This document shows, one piece after another, positions 40,391 through 54,312 of a stretch of DNA of 64,000 bases. The stretch comes from Octopus sinensis (lineage: Eukaryota): NCBI RefSeq assembly GCF_006345805.1, contig NC_042999.1, forward strand, positions 78,616,001 to 78,680,000. The letters run 5' to 3'. The notes under the pieces were generated by a model. That model had not been told where the DNA came from. It saw only the letters and a list, made by a program, of their open reading frames with translations, and searched no databases. Each line of letters begins with the position of its first letter. The stretch's first letter is position 1. Both the position numbers and the translations under genes were made by a program.

Positions 40391-41069
40391 ACTTGGTTGA
40401 AGATCCTCCCAAATACTCGCACACACATAATATGTAATATATATTTTTTATTATATAAGATATTCATATGATAAAATTAAACTCTAAATTTAGCGATATT
40501 TCAAGAAAAAAGGAGTTGTGTTGTGCAAATGTTCCAACAATGGTTTAAGGAGTTGCTTTCCGTATATAATTTAGCGTAATAATTAATTTCAATGATTAAA
40601 CACACACATACACACACATATAAAATCAATATATTTATATATAAAACCAAAAGACAGACACATATGTATGTGTCTGTATGTGCTTGTGGTACATGCATAG
40701 ACATGTATGCGCACTATGTGTTTCTGTGAACAAACTACTCATGGATTTTCTGAGTATTTATATCTATTCAAGTTGTATATACACTCGCCATAATAAAGGC
40801 AGATCGTGTTAGCAAACTAGGATAATTTTTGCCTTGTAAAATTTAGATTTCTCAATTTAGTTTTTGCTATACCCAGAGCTTTCAAAATATTATTTTATCT
40901 AAAATAAACATTTTGAAGCAAAAATTCTGCACAAAGAAGTGTGTTTCGCGCTGTGCAATATAACATATGAAGTCTGAGAATACAGAAATTAGTTTATATA
41001 TATTAAACAATATTTATATTTTTCAACAAACCTACTGCCTACTAGTAAGTTTGCATCCATTCATATACA

Positions 41070-41685
41070 TTGGTTTCCAAATTTTGGCACCAGACCAGCA
41101 ATTTCAGGAGAGGAGTAAGTCGATTATATCGACCCCGGCGCTCAACTGGTACTTATTTTAGCGACCCCGAAAGAATGAAAAGCAAAGTCGACCTCGGTGG
41201 TATTTGAGCTCAGAACATAAACGCTGATGAAATTCTGCTAAGCATTTCGCCGGGCGCGGTAACGATTCTGCTAGCTCGTCACTTGAAATAACTGTTACAA
41301 AGTTTGGTACCAGGCCAGAAATTTTGAAGGGAGAGGCAAATCAAAGACTCGATCCCAATATTTGACTAGTACTTTATGGTATCGACATTGAAAAGATGAA
41401 AGGAAAAGTTGACCTCGGCAGAATTTGAACTCAGAACGAAGCTAACTTGGAGAAATACTTATTTATTTACTACCCACAAGGGGATAAACACAGAGAGGAC
41501 AAACAAGGAAAGACAAACGGATTAAGTCGATTATATCGATCCCAGTGCGTAACTGGTACTTATTTAATCGTCCCCGAAAGGATGAAAGGCAAAGTCGACC
41601 TCGGTGGAATTTGAACTCAGAACGTAGCGGCAGACGAAATACCGCAAAGCATGTTTTCGGACGCTCTAACGATTCTACCAATCAA
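41070..41685 (-). mobile_element. Three tandem SINE family A copies
   Basis: Family-A motif repeated at about 41070-41285, 41290-41450 and 41455-41685. Confidence 0.8.
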
Positions 41686-41728
41686 TTCCTGTTTCTATAA
41701 TGCTGCTGCTGATAATAAAAAAAAATGC

Positions 41729-41789
<61 letters not shown>

Positions 41790-41798
41790 GATAATATT

Positions 41799-42346
41799 GC
41801 CCTGATGCAGTACCAGGCAATAGCTCTCATGGCTTTTGATCTTAACTGGTTGGAAGTGTAACCATGTATATTGTTTTGTCTTGGTATAAATGAAGGGCTA
41901 CAGTAAATATTCTGTTCAATACCACAGATTTGCTTGTCAGTTGTTTGAACATAACCAGTTGAGCATGTCCCTTGGTGGCTGACGATATGTGCATCTCTAA
42001 TCAGGAGCAGAGAGGCGGGGGAGTTTCATAGCCATGTGTTGAGAGGAATTCTTTGGGTTTGGATAATTCACTTCTGGAAACATGGGTGTTTCGTTTAACA
42101 TTTTTAAACAACCCTTATTGAGGGACCGTTTGAGCGGTATAGGCTACTCGACCTGAAGAAAATTCTAATTCGGCTTCACTTGCAAGGTCATGTACTGTTT
42201 ATCTTGATATGATATCACCCTGTTGCGCACATACGGTTGTGATGCATGTGCCTGGTGTACCCTTATCAAACGGGTAGTCATGATGGGTATACTGGGCTTT
42301 GTATATTATACCGCAGTGCCACTGTGATGGCATGCACTGCTCTGTC
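41799..42346 (+). mobile_element. Unclassified ~550-bp element, copy 2
   Basis: Starts GCCCTGATGCAG as copy 1 does; (TAA)n on both sides. Confidence 0.78.
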
Positions 42347-42378
<32 letters not shown>

Positions 42379-42400
42379 GAAGAAGAAGAAGAAGAAGAAG

Positions 42401-42812
42401 ATCACAATATAGCGGCGAAAGAATTTGACAAGATTAGTAAATATAAAGACCTGCTAATAGAAATTGAAAAATGTGGCATCTCAAGGCGACTACAGTACCA
42501 GTGATTGTAGGATCTCTAGGAATGATAAAAAAAGGTACTGAAACCTATTTGAAAATGATTCCAGGCTTACCATCCCTACAGGAAGTGCAAAAAATCGTAT
42601 TAACTGGAACGGCTCATGTACTGGGAAGAGCATTATCGCTGTGAAAACAACGTCCATCCATGAATTTATTTATTTATTAATTTTTAAATACATATTTTAT
42701 CTGTGAATTTGCGCGTGTAATCTGGGAATGCATACAATGTCCTTCTCTGCCCTAGGTGTATGGAAAACACTCGGCGAGAAACGGAAGAAAATTTGAAGAA
42801 AGAAGGCAAAAA
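42401..42812 (+). mobile_element. Third R4-like LINE, extreme 3' fragment
   Basis: AKEFDKISKYKDLLIEIEK.WHLKATTVPVIVGSLG..VQKIVLTGTAHVLGRALSL* (TGA 42642-42644), then a 3' UTR and (TAA)n at 42814-42858. Confidence 0.82.
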
Positions 42813-42813
42813 C

Positions 42814-42860
<47 letters not shown>

Positions 42861-44199
42861 GCAGGTTTGTGCAAAATTGCTAATCATCTAACGAGAAACG
42901 AAATAATAGTTAATGAATACTTCTGGCCAATTGACTCTCCTCGCTCCAGAATTTTAAATTAGATATTGTTTAAATTTCTTCGTATTTCTTAGTGTCATTA
43001 ACATAAAGTCGATGGGAGTGTTTTATCGGAAGCTTTAATCACAATTCGGAGTGGAACCCCCCCTCAGAAAATAAGAAGTGAATTGGAACGTAAAAAAATA
43101 ACTATAATAAAAGAGTATTTCAGTACAAAAGACACAGACAGACAGACAGACACACACACACGATGGAAAATGGAAAAAACGAAACCGTAAGTTGAATATA
43201 ACAATTTTAATGTAATGTTAGATCATTAAATTGGTGAAAGTATGTAAATACTTACGCATATATAAACAAGTACAAGCGAACACATACAGGCACACATACG
43301 CACACCATACACATGCACTGACACACATACACACACATATGATTGCAACAAGCAGAAAAGATAATACAGCATAAAACTGTATCTTTTTGTAAATTTGTCT
43401 TCATCGACATCACTAACACCGACAACCCCCTCTCCCCACGACGACGACGACCACCAGCAACACCATCATAATCATCAGTTGTAGTAACAGGCGCGTCATC
43501 CAAATTAAGATGAACAGGATGATGACGATGATTATGATGATATGATCCAATATGATTATTTGATAATACATAATTGCAGTTGTAGTAGTAGTAGTAGTTG
43601 CAGCACTATTATTTTATGCGTTTATTTTATGTGTTCATCCATTTAACTCAATTGATGGTTAAACTGAGCTACGGTTAGTAGATATCACCCAAAATGGAAG
43701 ATTATAGCGAAGCAAATAAATATAATTATGACAGACAACGATCTAGCGAGAGGAATAACGGGAAGCTACAATAACAACAACAACATAAAGAACAACAAAA
43801 AACCTTTTAAACTACGTTAAACCATTTTAAATTTAGGTGCCAAATGTTAATTCTATTTAGCACAAAAATTCTTTTGTTTTTCTGTGTCTAACTTTGTTTA
43901 TCCTATTTAATCGTTTTTTTTTTCCTCAATTTAAATTTTAATTTTCGCAGAAATTGCGCTCCTGCGTGTGTTTTTTTTTGTGTGAGTGATTCTTTACTTT
44001 TCATTACTTTATATTGAAACACTTTTATCATTGTATGTGTGTGTGTATGCGCGTTTATGAATGATTATATAGAAGTGTATGTATGTATGTGTGTCTATAT
44101 AAGTGAATAGGCTTATAAATGTATTTATGTATGTATATATATATATTTATATATAGCTGTATATATGTGTCTATATATAAATATAAAAGTCTCTCTGTG

Positions 44200-44231
<32 letters not shown>

Positions 44232-44249
44232 CATATATATACATATATA

Positions 44250-44322
<73 letters not shown>

Positions 44323-44689
44323 GTGTGTATGTATGTATGTATATAGCAGTCGTAGTAAAAGCTACAAGTCATTAATTAGGCTAGAAGTCATCTTCGATTT
44401 ACAGCTCATTTGTTAAAAGAGATGAAGAAACTTCTGACTTTCTAAGGCAGAAATAGTTAGTCGCCTGAGATTATGAGAATCCACGTAAGTCATCACTTAC
44501 AATATAGTAATTGATACAGAAAAGTTTTCAACACTGCTAAAAGCCTAAATGCCGTATGAAAACTCAGCATTCTGTTCTAAGTGCACTTGTTTACTTAGTA
44601 TTCTGGGGTTTCTGCGCTCCTAATATTATACTTCCCAACCAAAGTGTGGCCTATACGATTTGACAATCACATTTGGATCTTTACCTTTT

Positions 44690-45299
44690 GACCTACAGAT
44701 TTAAAAAATAACTTTTTGTAACTAAACACTTTCAGACTTCTGACACTGGTAGAATGTGACATATAAAACATCTTTTATTCTTAGCATTTTTGAGAAAAAC
44801 TTACATTTACGAACTTATTTCACGTCAAAGTTCTCGTATTTCGGTAATTTCAACCAATCAATGACGTGTATTCAGCTGAATAAAATTACTGCTGTTGTTT
44901 GTCAACATGAACTTCCGGCGGTGTATATTTCGTTTGTCACTGTTATTTATGATAACCCTTACCCTAAAACCCTAAACCTAACCCTAAGACCTTAACCCTA
45001 GCCCTAACCCTAACACCTTAAAACCAGTACAAACGCCCGAGCGATGTTATAAATAACAGTGGCAAACGAAAAATACACCGCCGATAGTTGTTGATGACAA
45101 ACAACAGCAGTAATTTTATTCAGCTGAATGCACATCATTGATTGGTTGAAATTACCGAAATACGAGAACTTTAACGTGAAATAACTTCGTAAATATTTAT
45201 TTTTTTCAAAAATGGTAAGAGTAAAATAAATTTTATATGTCACATTCTACCAGTGTCCGAAGTTTAGTTACAAAAAATATTTTAAAAAATCTGTAGGTC
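44690..45299. mobile_element. Foldback/MITE-like element with ~255-bp inverted arms and a telomere-like spacer
   Basis: Arms 44690-44955 and 45046-45299 are reverse complements (mirror ORFs 44756-44995 and 45010-45243); spacer carries degenerate (AACCCT)n. Confidence 0.88.
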
Positions 45300-46092
45300 T
45301 CACGTTTTACATTGGTGTAAAGCAATGTACGATTTGGCACGAGTACGATTTGACATAGTGCATCTCATTTGTGGATCTCTTTTGTTTGTCCAACTGAATT
45401 ATCTATCCATGACTTAACATGCCGCTGTGCATGGCACAGGAAAGCAATTCTGAGACACAATCAGCGTGACACAGCGCATGAAATGTCTGTATATTTTTGA
45501 ACTGTACACTATAGAAAATATTTACCGAAGATGCCATGCTGTGATATTGAGCCAGGAATCTCAAGGCTGCAAAGTGAAATTCTTAACTATTCGAGCGCAC
45601 TGCATCTAGAAATGTTTGTAAACCTTAGCCATCACTCGCAAATGAGTACGACTTAGTTGCATGTACAACACTTTCGTTAATTGTTTTGTGTCTATGTAGG
45701 TGCGAGCAGACATATACAACCTCTCGACTCTCATACACATGATCCAGCGGAATGTGAAGGATATGAGTAGAGTAGAACAACGTAAAATAATATGTGATAC
45801 TCAAGAACAAAACGTACTGCTTAGACCAGGAACTGAACCTGCGACTGTGAGCTCAACACTCTTACCACTAGGCATTTATCGCTACTCATTTACATATTTA
45901 TAACCCCCCCACACACCTTCGTGCACATGCAGGTATAGTTTTATAGAAGCTGAAAAACTGTTACTCCGAGTTTCACGTAACCGATCGTCAGATTGATAAT
46001 CGATTTAATGAAACTCGAAGTAACAATTTTTGAACTTATCAGTTTCAATAAAGCACTACATTTTATTGTAGCCCTTTTATTATCTATGCATG

Positions 46093-46126
<34 letters not shown>

Positions 46127-48362
46127 TGTATGTATGTATGTATGTATGTATGTATGTATGTATGTATGTATGTACGAGTGTGTTGTGTGTGTATATATAT
46201 ATGTATCTATGTATGTATGCATGTGTGTGTATGTATGTATTTATTCCTATATACATGTATATACATATATACATATGTGTGTGTTTGTATGTGTACATGC
46301 ACTAATATGCCTATATACACATGCTCGCATGTAAATTGGGTTTCTGATGTTACACTTGTTATGGTTTAGCAGCAATTAACAAAAGAAGTAATTCGGCTCT
46401 TTACTAATAAACCGTACATTGATGTGTTCTTTAAAGTAACCTTATTGTTTAGGAGCAAACGAAAGGATACTAAAACTATAGTGAGGTAGACAGATAGGTT
46501 CATATTTAAGTAAAGACTACAAATACGTGTGCATGAAGGCTAAATGTATGTATGTATGTATGTATGTATGTATGTATGTATGTATGTATGTATGTATGTA
46601 TGTATGTGTGTGTGTGTGATTGTGTGCCTGTGCGCTTGTGTGTGCCTGTTTAAGTAGTACAAATAAATTCGTATTTGAACCGAAAAAGAGTACTGAAAAT
46701 GATAAGTAGAGTAAAATATACATACACTATTGGTATGGTCAGTATATATATTAACACATCTCTATTAACAGTTTCAATACTAAATTAACAAAAAATCTTC
46801 TACGACGTCTCTCTGCTGAAATATGAAGCTTCCGGTCTCACGCATGATTTTCTGTAATTGAAGCTGATTCTGATGTTTTACAAGAAGCACAAACTCTATT
46901 GAAAATTTCTTAGCTGATCTGGTTTGCCTCCATTGGATTGTCAAATTCACATAAAATGAAACATAAGCGAACAATAAAATTAGAATCAATGAAGAGGCCC
47001 GGATAGATTTCTGAATTTTTCTTTAGTTTAGAAGAAATAAATGTTAGAAGCATTATTAGAACCTTTAAGGATTTTCATCCCAAATTAATCTTTATTACGA
47101 ACTTAGTATTGTAATTTTCATAAACTTACCCTAGATTTAAGCACAGATAAATACGAATCTAGACCGATCTTAATTTGAACTCAGAGTGTAGGTAGTTGAA
47201 ACGAAATACAAGAGAATATTTTATCCGGTGTTTTTCCTCTTCTATCACCACACCACCTTTAGTAATAAATGATAAATCTGCTCATATACATAAATATACT
47301 GTTCTGCTAGTGGTAGTGGTTGAGTGTTTCGATGGTTGCGTGGCTGTTAAGGGCTGAGATACTTCGCTGTACTGCTCGGTAGTGCTATAAGTCAAAAGAA
47401 AATAAAACATGAAATAAGAGAATAAATATATTCACAGAAGAATAAAAAAAATCAACCTTAATCTAATCAAATTATATATAACGATGAAAATAAACAATTC
47501 AAAACTACTTTTAAAAGAAGAGCCAAAAAAAAAAAAGAAAAAAGAGAATTGGACAAAAAAATGCTCAAAAGGAAAACATAATAGCGAATAAATAAATTAG
47601 TTGCACAATGTTTAAAAATACTTATTAGAGAAGAAAAGAAAAGGAAGAGTGACAGAGAGATAGAAAAAGACAGAAAAAGAGAGGGTAGACGGAAGACAAA
47701 GAAAGAGAGTGAGAAAGAATGGATGGTGTGGGAATCTTTGATAAGATAGAGTAGAGAAATCAACTGATTAGCAGCAACTCATTCCAATTTAAGAGGAAGG
47801 GAAGGAGAAAAGAATGGTGGATGGATTTGGAAGTGAAAGTAAAGTGAAGTTAAACTTTTGCAGAATGGGAAGACGACGGAGAATACATTTCTTCTCACCT
47901 TCGCGCTTCTGATGGGTCGAGCGTGTTTAGAATACGGCAGAGTCCAGTTCCTAAAACTACAAACAGCAAATCATTCAGCCTTAAACCTTTGCCCATTTGT
48001 CTTCATTTTAAGATTCCTGGCAAAAATCCCCATGTGAATCTTCTTGGTAATATCAAAAATATTAATGGGGGAAGAAGCAGTAGCGAAAAAGGCAAAACTC
48101 TCAATTGCCTGCTTGTTTTACTTTGCTATATTTTGTTTTGTTAACTGTAGTTGATTGACGTCGGAGTGTGGTTTCGGACAAGCATTAAACACACAGTCAC
48201 ATACACACACAGCCACAGAACACACACACACACACACACACGCACACACACACACACTCACACACACACACACACACGCAAATTATATATATGTATATAT
48301 GTATATGTGTCTGCATATATATATATATGTATATGTATATATATGTGTGTGTATACATGTAT

Positions 48363-48438
<76 letters not shown>

Positions 48439-48448
48439 AATATATATG

Positions 48449-48479
<31 letters not shown>

Positions 48480-48663
48480 GCATATATGTATGTATATATG
48501 TATGTATGTACGTATGTATAGCTGGAGAGAGAGACACACACAAAATGGAGATGGATGGAAGGTGGGAGAGAATCTATTTTATTTTTGCGGCCATTTAATC
48601 AACCTCTTTACTATGAGTGTATGTCAGCGCATGTTGTGTGTGTATTGTGTGTGTGTGTGTGTA

Positions 48664-48704
<41 letters not shown>

Positions 48705-49199
48705 TGTGTTTCTTGTTTGTTGGTTGCTTTTCTTGGTCATTAGCATTCGATTAAATTCCGCTGAAGTTCGCCTGGCATCGGGAATTGTCAAGCAGCATAA
48801 AGATGATAACAAGTCTTTCAAGAAAGACAATGTATTTTAAATAGAACCTAAATTCATTGCTCTGTCGAAATATATTTGATGTGGTATATATCGTCTGACT
48901 TGCTTTTGATTTGATTAGCCAGCCTTTCAGCGTTGTTACCAAGTTAAGAAAAAGATAGAAGGAAACAGTCCAGCCAGCTTGTGTATGAATGAGTGTGTCA
49001 GTGAAAGAGTGAGCGTATGTGCAATTGTATGAGAATGAGTGTATTAGTGTATGAATGCATGTGTGAGTGGGTTTGTGTGTGAGCGTGTATGTGTGAGTGT
49101 GATTGAGTGAGTGAGTCAGTCATAGTTTTCGTTAAAACAAGAACTAGACGAAAGGCAAGAGGAGGTGGTTGGAGGGATGTATGTAGTTCGTGATGATGT

Positions 49200-49374
49200 T
49201 GGTAATAGTGATGGAGCTAGAAGGGGTGTTAGGAAAGGTGGTATGATGGTTAAGGTGATAGATGTGATTAGGATGATGGTGTTGATGCAGTGTTGCTGTT
49301 GTTGTTATTGGCGATGATGACGATGATGATAATGCTGACGACGACGACGACTACGATGACAACGATGACGTTCT

Positions 49375-49410
<36 letters not shown>

Positions 49411-50220
49411 CAACGATGACGACAACAGGACGACGACGACGACGATATAATGACGACGACATGATGCCGATGACGACGACGACGATGACTGTGAAGACAA
49501 TCATGACGATGATAATGATGATGATGATGTTTTTGATGGTAAAGATGTTGACGATGATGATGATAATGGCTTTGATATTGGTTTATGGGATAGAAGTGGT
49601 GGTGGTGGTGGTGGCATGGTATTTTAATGGTGATGGTGTAAGTTATTTGAGTTATTGGTGGTGCTGGTGGAGGTAGCAGTATTAATGGTGATGGTTGTGG
49701 TCAAGTTTAGAGCGATTATAGTGGAGGTGGTGGCAATGCTGGTGGCGATCATGGCAATGAATAATGTTTACGACGCTAAAGTGTTGGTGGTGGTTACATT
49801 GGTGTGTTGTTGTTGCTATTGGTAGTGGTGTTGATGGTTGTTGGTAGCGGTGTTGGAGGAGGTGTAACTGGTTTGGTGAGAACGATTTGGAAAAAAAAAA
49901 TTGTAATAAATTCCACGAACATCACCACCATCAAAGCCCCTGCACCGCCCATCTTCTCTCGCTGTCACCCCATCACCACTGCCACCACAACCGCCGCCAC
50001 CGTCATCACCTCCACTACTGCCACCACATCCGCTACCACCACCACCACTATCGCCACCACCACCACCACCACTACAATCACCACCACCGCCATCACTTCC
50101 ACTGCTGCTTCTACAGACCCATCGCCACCATCGCCCTCATCAACACCACCACCATCACCATTTCTATCGTCTTCATCACCCTCTCAACCACCCAAATCGG
50201 CTGCAACAATAAGCGTAAAA
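49200..50220. repeat. Degenerate trinucleotide region: (GAT/GGT)n then (ACC/ATC)n
   Basis: Direct observation; composition flips near 49870-49920. Confidence 0.85.
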
Positions 50221-51399
50221 CAGTAACTATAAATAAAAATAAAAAAAAACAAAATCTCATGCCATACCACATCACATCTCTCTTTCACTCTCTCTCTCTT
50301 TACCCTCCCCTCCCCTCACCACCCCACCAAAAAAATTGTATTGTGCTCCTCTGAATGCTAAGTAGAGAAGTCAGATCGTAAAGATCTGAAGAGATCTATT
50401 AACATATATATGCATTATTTAAATAGTTAGCAATAGAAACAGCCATTGATATCCATATAAATAAATATTTGTTGTATTTCAGTGGGTTTGTCTGTGTGTA
50501 TGTGTGTGCGTTTTGTTTAGTAAAGATGAACATTAAAAAGTAACAAACACACGCAGGAAAATAAATCGCAAAAACGTGGGGACTTTTTTTTTCTCCATTG
50601 GTTACATTATAGTATAATACAAATGTTTCTTCTATTTGTGAGGATTTTTGTAAAGGATATTTTTGTGACTTATCTTTTTAGTTAAGTTTTGTTAGATGAT
50701 TTTGTTCCTGTCTGTCCAAAAGAAAAACAAAATAGAGAAAAAAGAGAGGAGAGAGTTTGATACAAGTTGATAAAATGTCTGAAAATATATATAACATCTG
50801 CAAATGCTTTACAATAACCAACATAATGCCCCCCCCCCCCCTACACACACAGACAACCGAAATACCCCAACAATATAAAAAGAAAACGGTAGTAATATAA
50901 ATGTACACGATATTTATAGAAAGTACTTGCGAGCGTTGTAGGACAAAAGGTAAGCTCACACTGAAAGCGGATACACAGAGAGACAGTGTACTTAGTTTCA
51001 ATTCCCGGTAGGATTTAATTCACTACTTTTCGTTCATTTAATTCTCTTGAGGAAATTCATGAACATCATAATACACAACTGACAGTAACTCTTTATAACT
51101 TGCCGAAAAATGAAGTAGTTATTGTCTCGCCCCGAAACTAGTAGAGTTATTGATCTCAGGGGTTCCAGCTATGACCATCTTGTCTTTTTAAGGCTAGTGT
51201 ATCTAGAACTATAACACCATCTAATGTAGATTTTGTAAAAATGGGCATGGAAAACAACAGTAAACACAACGAACTTCAATTCGGCCAATGATGAGCAGCT
51301 ATCTAAGGCCTATCAAAGAATCGCACATTTCTAAGATTACCCTTAATGCCAAGGACAAATATCCCCTCCAAGTTGTATTTTTCGGTCTACAGACATATA

Positions 51400-52180
51400 T
51401 TTAGAATAGGCCCATTCACTCGAGCCATTCTCGTCGTCCTTACTCTCCTTTCAACAAATTTACTGGAGAGAAGTACCTCCCTTTCCATCCACAACTGTCT
51501 ATCCAAATAGACAAGGATTTGGCTGAAAAGGAAAATATCTAATCCCAGTCCTTGCAGTCTTGTTAACAATAAATCTCTTTTGCAGAATCCACCCAACATA
51601 AGAAAACTGCAGCGTTGATAGTCGGATCCTTTCTGTTCACGACAACAACTGTTTCACATAAAACCTCAAATCAGCAATGCTCGGACACTGATCAAATGCA
51701 CGCAGAAAGATTTCATCGCTCAGCTCATATCTCCTCAGATCCATTGATAGCAGTTCCATACCTTTTGGGTTTACCCTGATCCGGTAATGTCATCCTAGTC
51801 AGGTCAAGGATAGCCTCCGGTTGATAGCCCTACGAAAAAGACTATTCAGTTCATCTTTGTTGACGTTTAGAATCTACTCGAAGACATCGTTGCACCTGTG
51901 CACCAATCTGCAGAATGTAAGGGCTGACGTACCACCAGCAGCATTGCCTTGCTAGTAGATGGATGCGAGCGCCAGTCAGTATTCTTGACGTCAGGAGCCT
52001 AATTTTATTTTTCGCTTGCTCAGGACTGCTGACTCGCCAAAGAGAGAAGCTTTGGAAAGATGTATCTGATTAATAAAAACCAAATCTGCTCAACATCCAT
52101 TAATCTTTGCAGGTGGCTCAACTTCAGCGCATGCCGTCTCATTGCCAACTTCGATATACCTAGCCTTCCATTACAGAGGG
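51400..52180 (-). mobile_element. L1/Tx1-clade LINE 3' fragment
   Basis: PLCNGRLGISKLAMRRHALKLSHLQRL, then SDEIFLRAFDQCPSIADL..TRLQGLGLDIFLFSQ..EREVLLSSKFVER; homologous to 5291-5678. Confidence 0.65.
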
Positions 52181-53113
52181 TGTTGGTAACAGATGAACTT
52201 TGTGACCAGTGAAATGCGTCCTTTTTCCAAGTAGAGAAAGAATAGAAGTTCGAACCTTGTCAGAATGAAAATTGTGGAGAGCTAAATGTTTGGTGGAATT
52301 TCGAGGGGGTGTTGTACTTTAAACTTGTTCCCGATGGTTATGCTGGGAACGCCAGCCTTTCTGTTCAACAACTACAGCGAGTGTGTGAAAGCCCGCTTTT
52401 CAGTATTGGTCAATTGAAGACGCCCTCTCCTACAGCATGATAATGTTCCAGTACACACTTCTAATGTGACCAAGCGCAAACTTGAGGGGCTGGAAGCGCT
52501 GCCTCACTTTGTCTACTATCCACACCTAGCACTATTAGATTACCACACTTTCCGGACCATGGCTCATTTTCTGTACGGATCGAGATTCAAAAATATGGAC
52601 GAGGTTGAAAATGAGTATAAAGAGATTTTGCCTCATAATCAATCAAATAGTATAAGCTTGGAACCGAGCTTCTGTCACAACGATCAAAATAGACAATTGA
52701 ATATGATGGGATATATTATGATGAAGGCGCATGGCTCAGTGGTTAGAGCGTCGAGCTTACGATCGTGAGGTTGTGAGCCCGAATCCCGGTCCGGGTTGCA
52801 TGTTGTGTTCTTGAGCAAGACACTTTATTTCACGTTGCTCCAGTTCACTCAGCTGTAGAAATGAGTTGCGACGTTACGGGTGCCAAGTTGTATCGGCCTT
52901 TGCCTTTCCCTTGGATAACACTGGTGGCGTGGAGAGGGGAGGCCGGTATGCATGGGCGACTGCTGGTCTTCCATAAACCACCTTGCCCAGACTTGTGACT
53001 AGGAGGGTAACTTTCTAGGTGCAATCCCATATTATGATGAATAAACACTTTTCATGTGTAATTTGTTTGAACAACCAATTAAAGCTAGAAAAAACTTTTG
53101 ACTCACATTGGTA
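52180..53113 (+). mobile_element. mariner 3' fragment interrupted by a SINE
   Basis: VLVTDE, LNVWWNFEGVLYFKLVPDG, LLQHDNVPVHTS..LPHFVYYPHLALLDYHTFRTM; TIR-like end near 53095-53113. Confidence 0.8.
52726..53028 (+). mobile_element. SINE family C with 13-bp TSD
   Basis: ATATTATGATGAA at 52713-52725 and 53029-53041. Confidence 0.9.
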
Positions 53114-53266
53114 TTTCCATCTAACCTCTTGAATGAGACTGGTATTCTGTTGGTGACTTCTTTCCAACGCTTTCTCTATAAGGGTCTTGTCCGAACAAAA
53201 CTGGGAGCAATTTAACTGGACTTTCGATCCAGCGACAGAAGCTGTTGCAAGCCGCCATGTACTTAC

Positions 53267-53443
53267 CTCTTCAAACGTCGAGTTTTAAGCTCATAGACGT
53301 GTCCATTTCATGTACACCTCACTCCTTGAGTCTTGGTACTTTTTAACAATGGTGTTCGTTATCATGTCATTTACACCGTTCGCGTATGCAGGCACGGCTC
53401 TTCTGTTTCCCAATTGGAGTGGGGTCTCCAACATCTCCATCCT
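53267..53443 (-). other. Candidate exon (177 nt) of an unidentified transcript
   Basis: Long poly-U tract then ..CTAACTATTGCAACAG acceptor; AG|GTAAGT donor. All three frames contain stops. Confidence 0.5.
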
Positions 53444-54031
53444 CTGTTGCAATAGTTAGAAAGTCAAAAGAACCAAAAAAAAAAAAAAAAGAAAGAAAAA
53501 TAAGAGAGATTAAACGGGAGGGGATAATATTTGACGGATCGCGCGGGTGATGTGAGAAGATACCACGGAGTGGCCGTTTAGTTTCTTTATTATCACAGGA
53601 GTGACGACTAGGGAACATTAGGAAGTCGAACTACAAAACCATGCCTGCTTTTCTTATTTTTTTCCAGTAATACGAACAACTGTTTGATATAGCATTTTTA
53701 TTATAAATGGCACCCTTTGAACTTAACTATAAACAATAAACATCTGTACATTTTCCATTTACTAACACTATATTTACTCAAATGAAGAAACATCTTCTAA
53801 AAGACTTGTCATCATCCGATACGGCAATGGATAATGGTTAAATGTTTTGTGGTACTAAAAGAAAATCCAAATGTCACTACTTCGTAACTAGAAACACCAG
53901 TATCACATTCGACATGAAGAATCATTAGTAAGGGAGATGCGCTTGGTTTTTACCATTCCTCCCACAGTCACTGCCGCTGTTTATCATTCTCACCATTCTG
54001 ACTTTCTAAAGTTTTAGACATACATTGATAT

Positions 54032-54101
<70 letters not shown>

Positions 54102-54105
54102 ACAC

Positions 54106-54153
<48 letters not shown>

Positions 54154-54220
54154 GTGTGTATATATGTATATATATGTATATATGCATATATATGTATAAT
54201 ATGAGTGTACATATATATAT

Positions 54221-54312
<92 letters not shown>

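Noticed and set aside
44405-44484. Plus-strand exon-like segment with a good acceptor and GTAAGT donor
   Set aside because: Stops in all three frames and no other support. It illustrates the chance rate of splice-like pairs.
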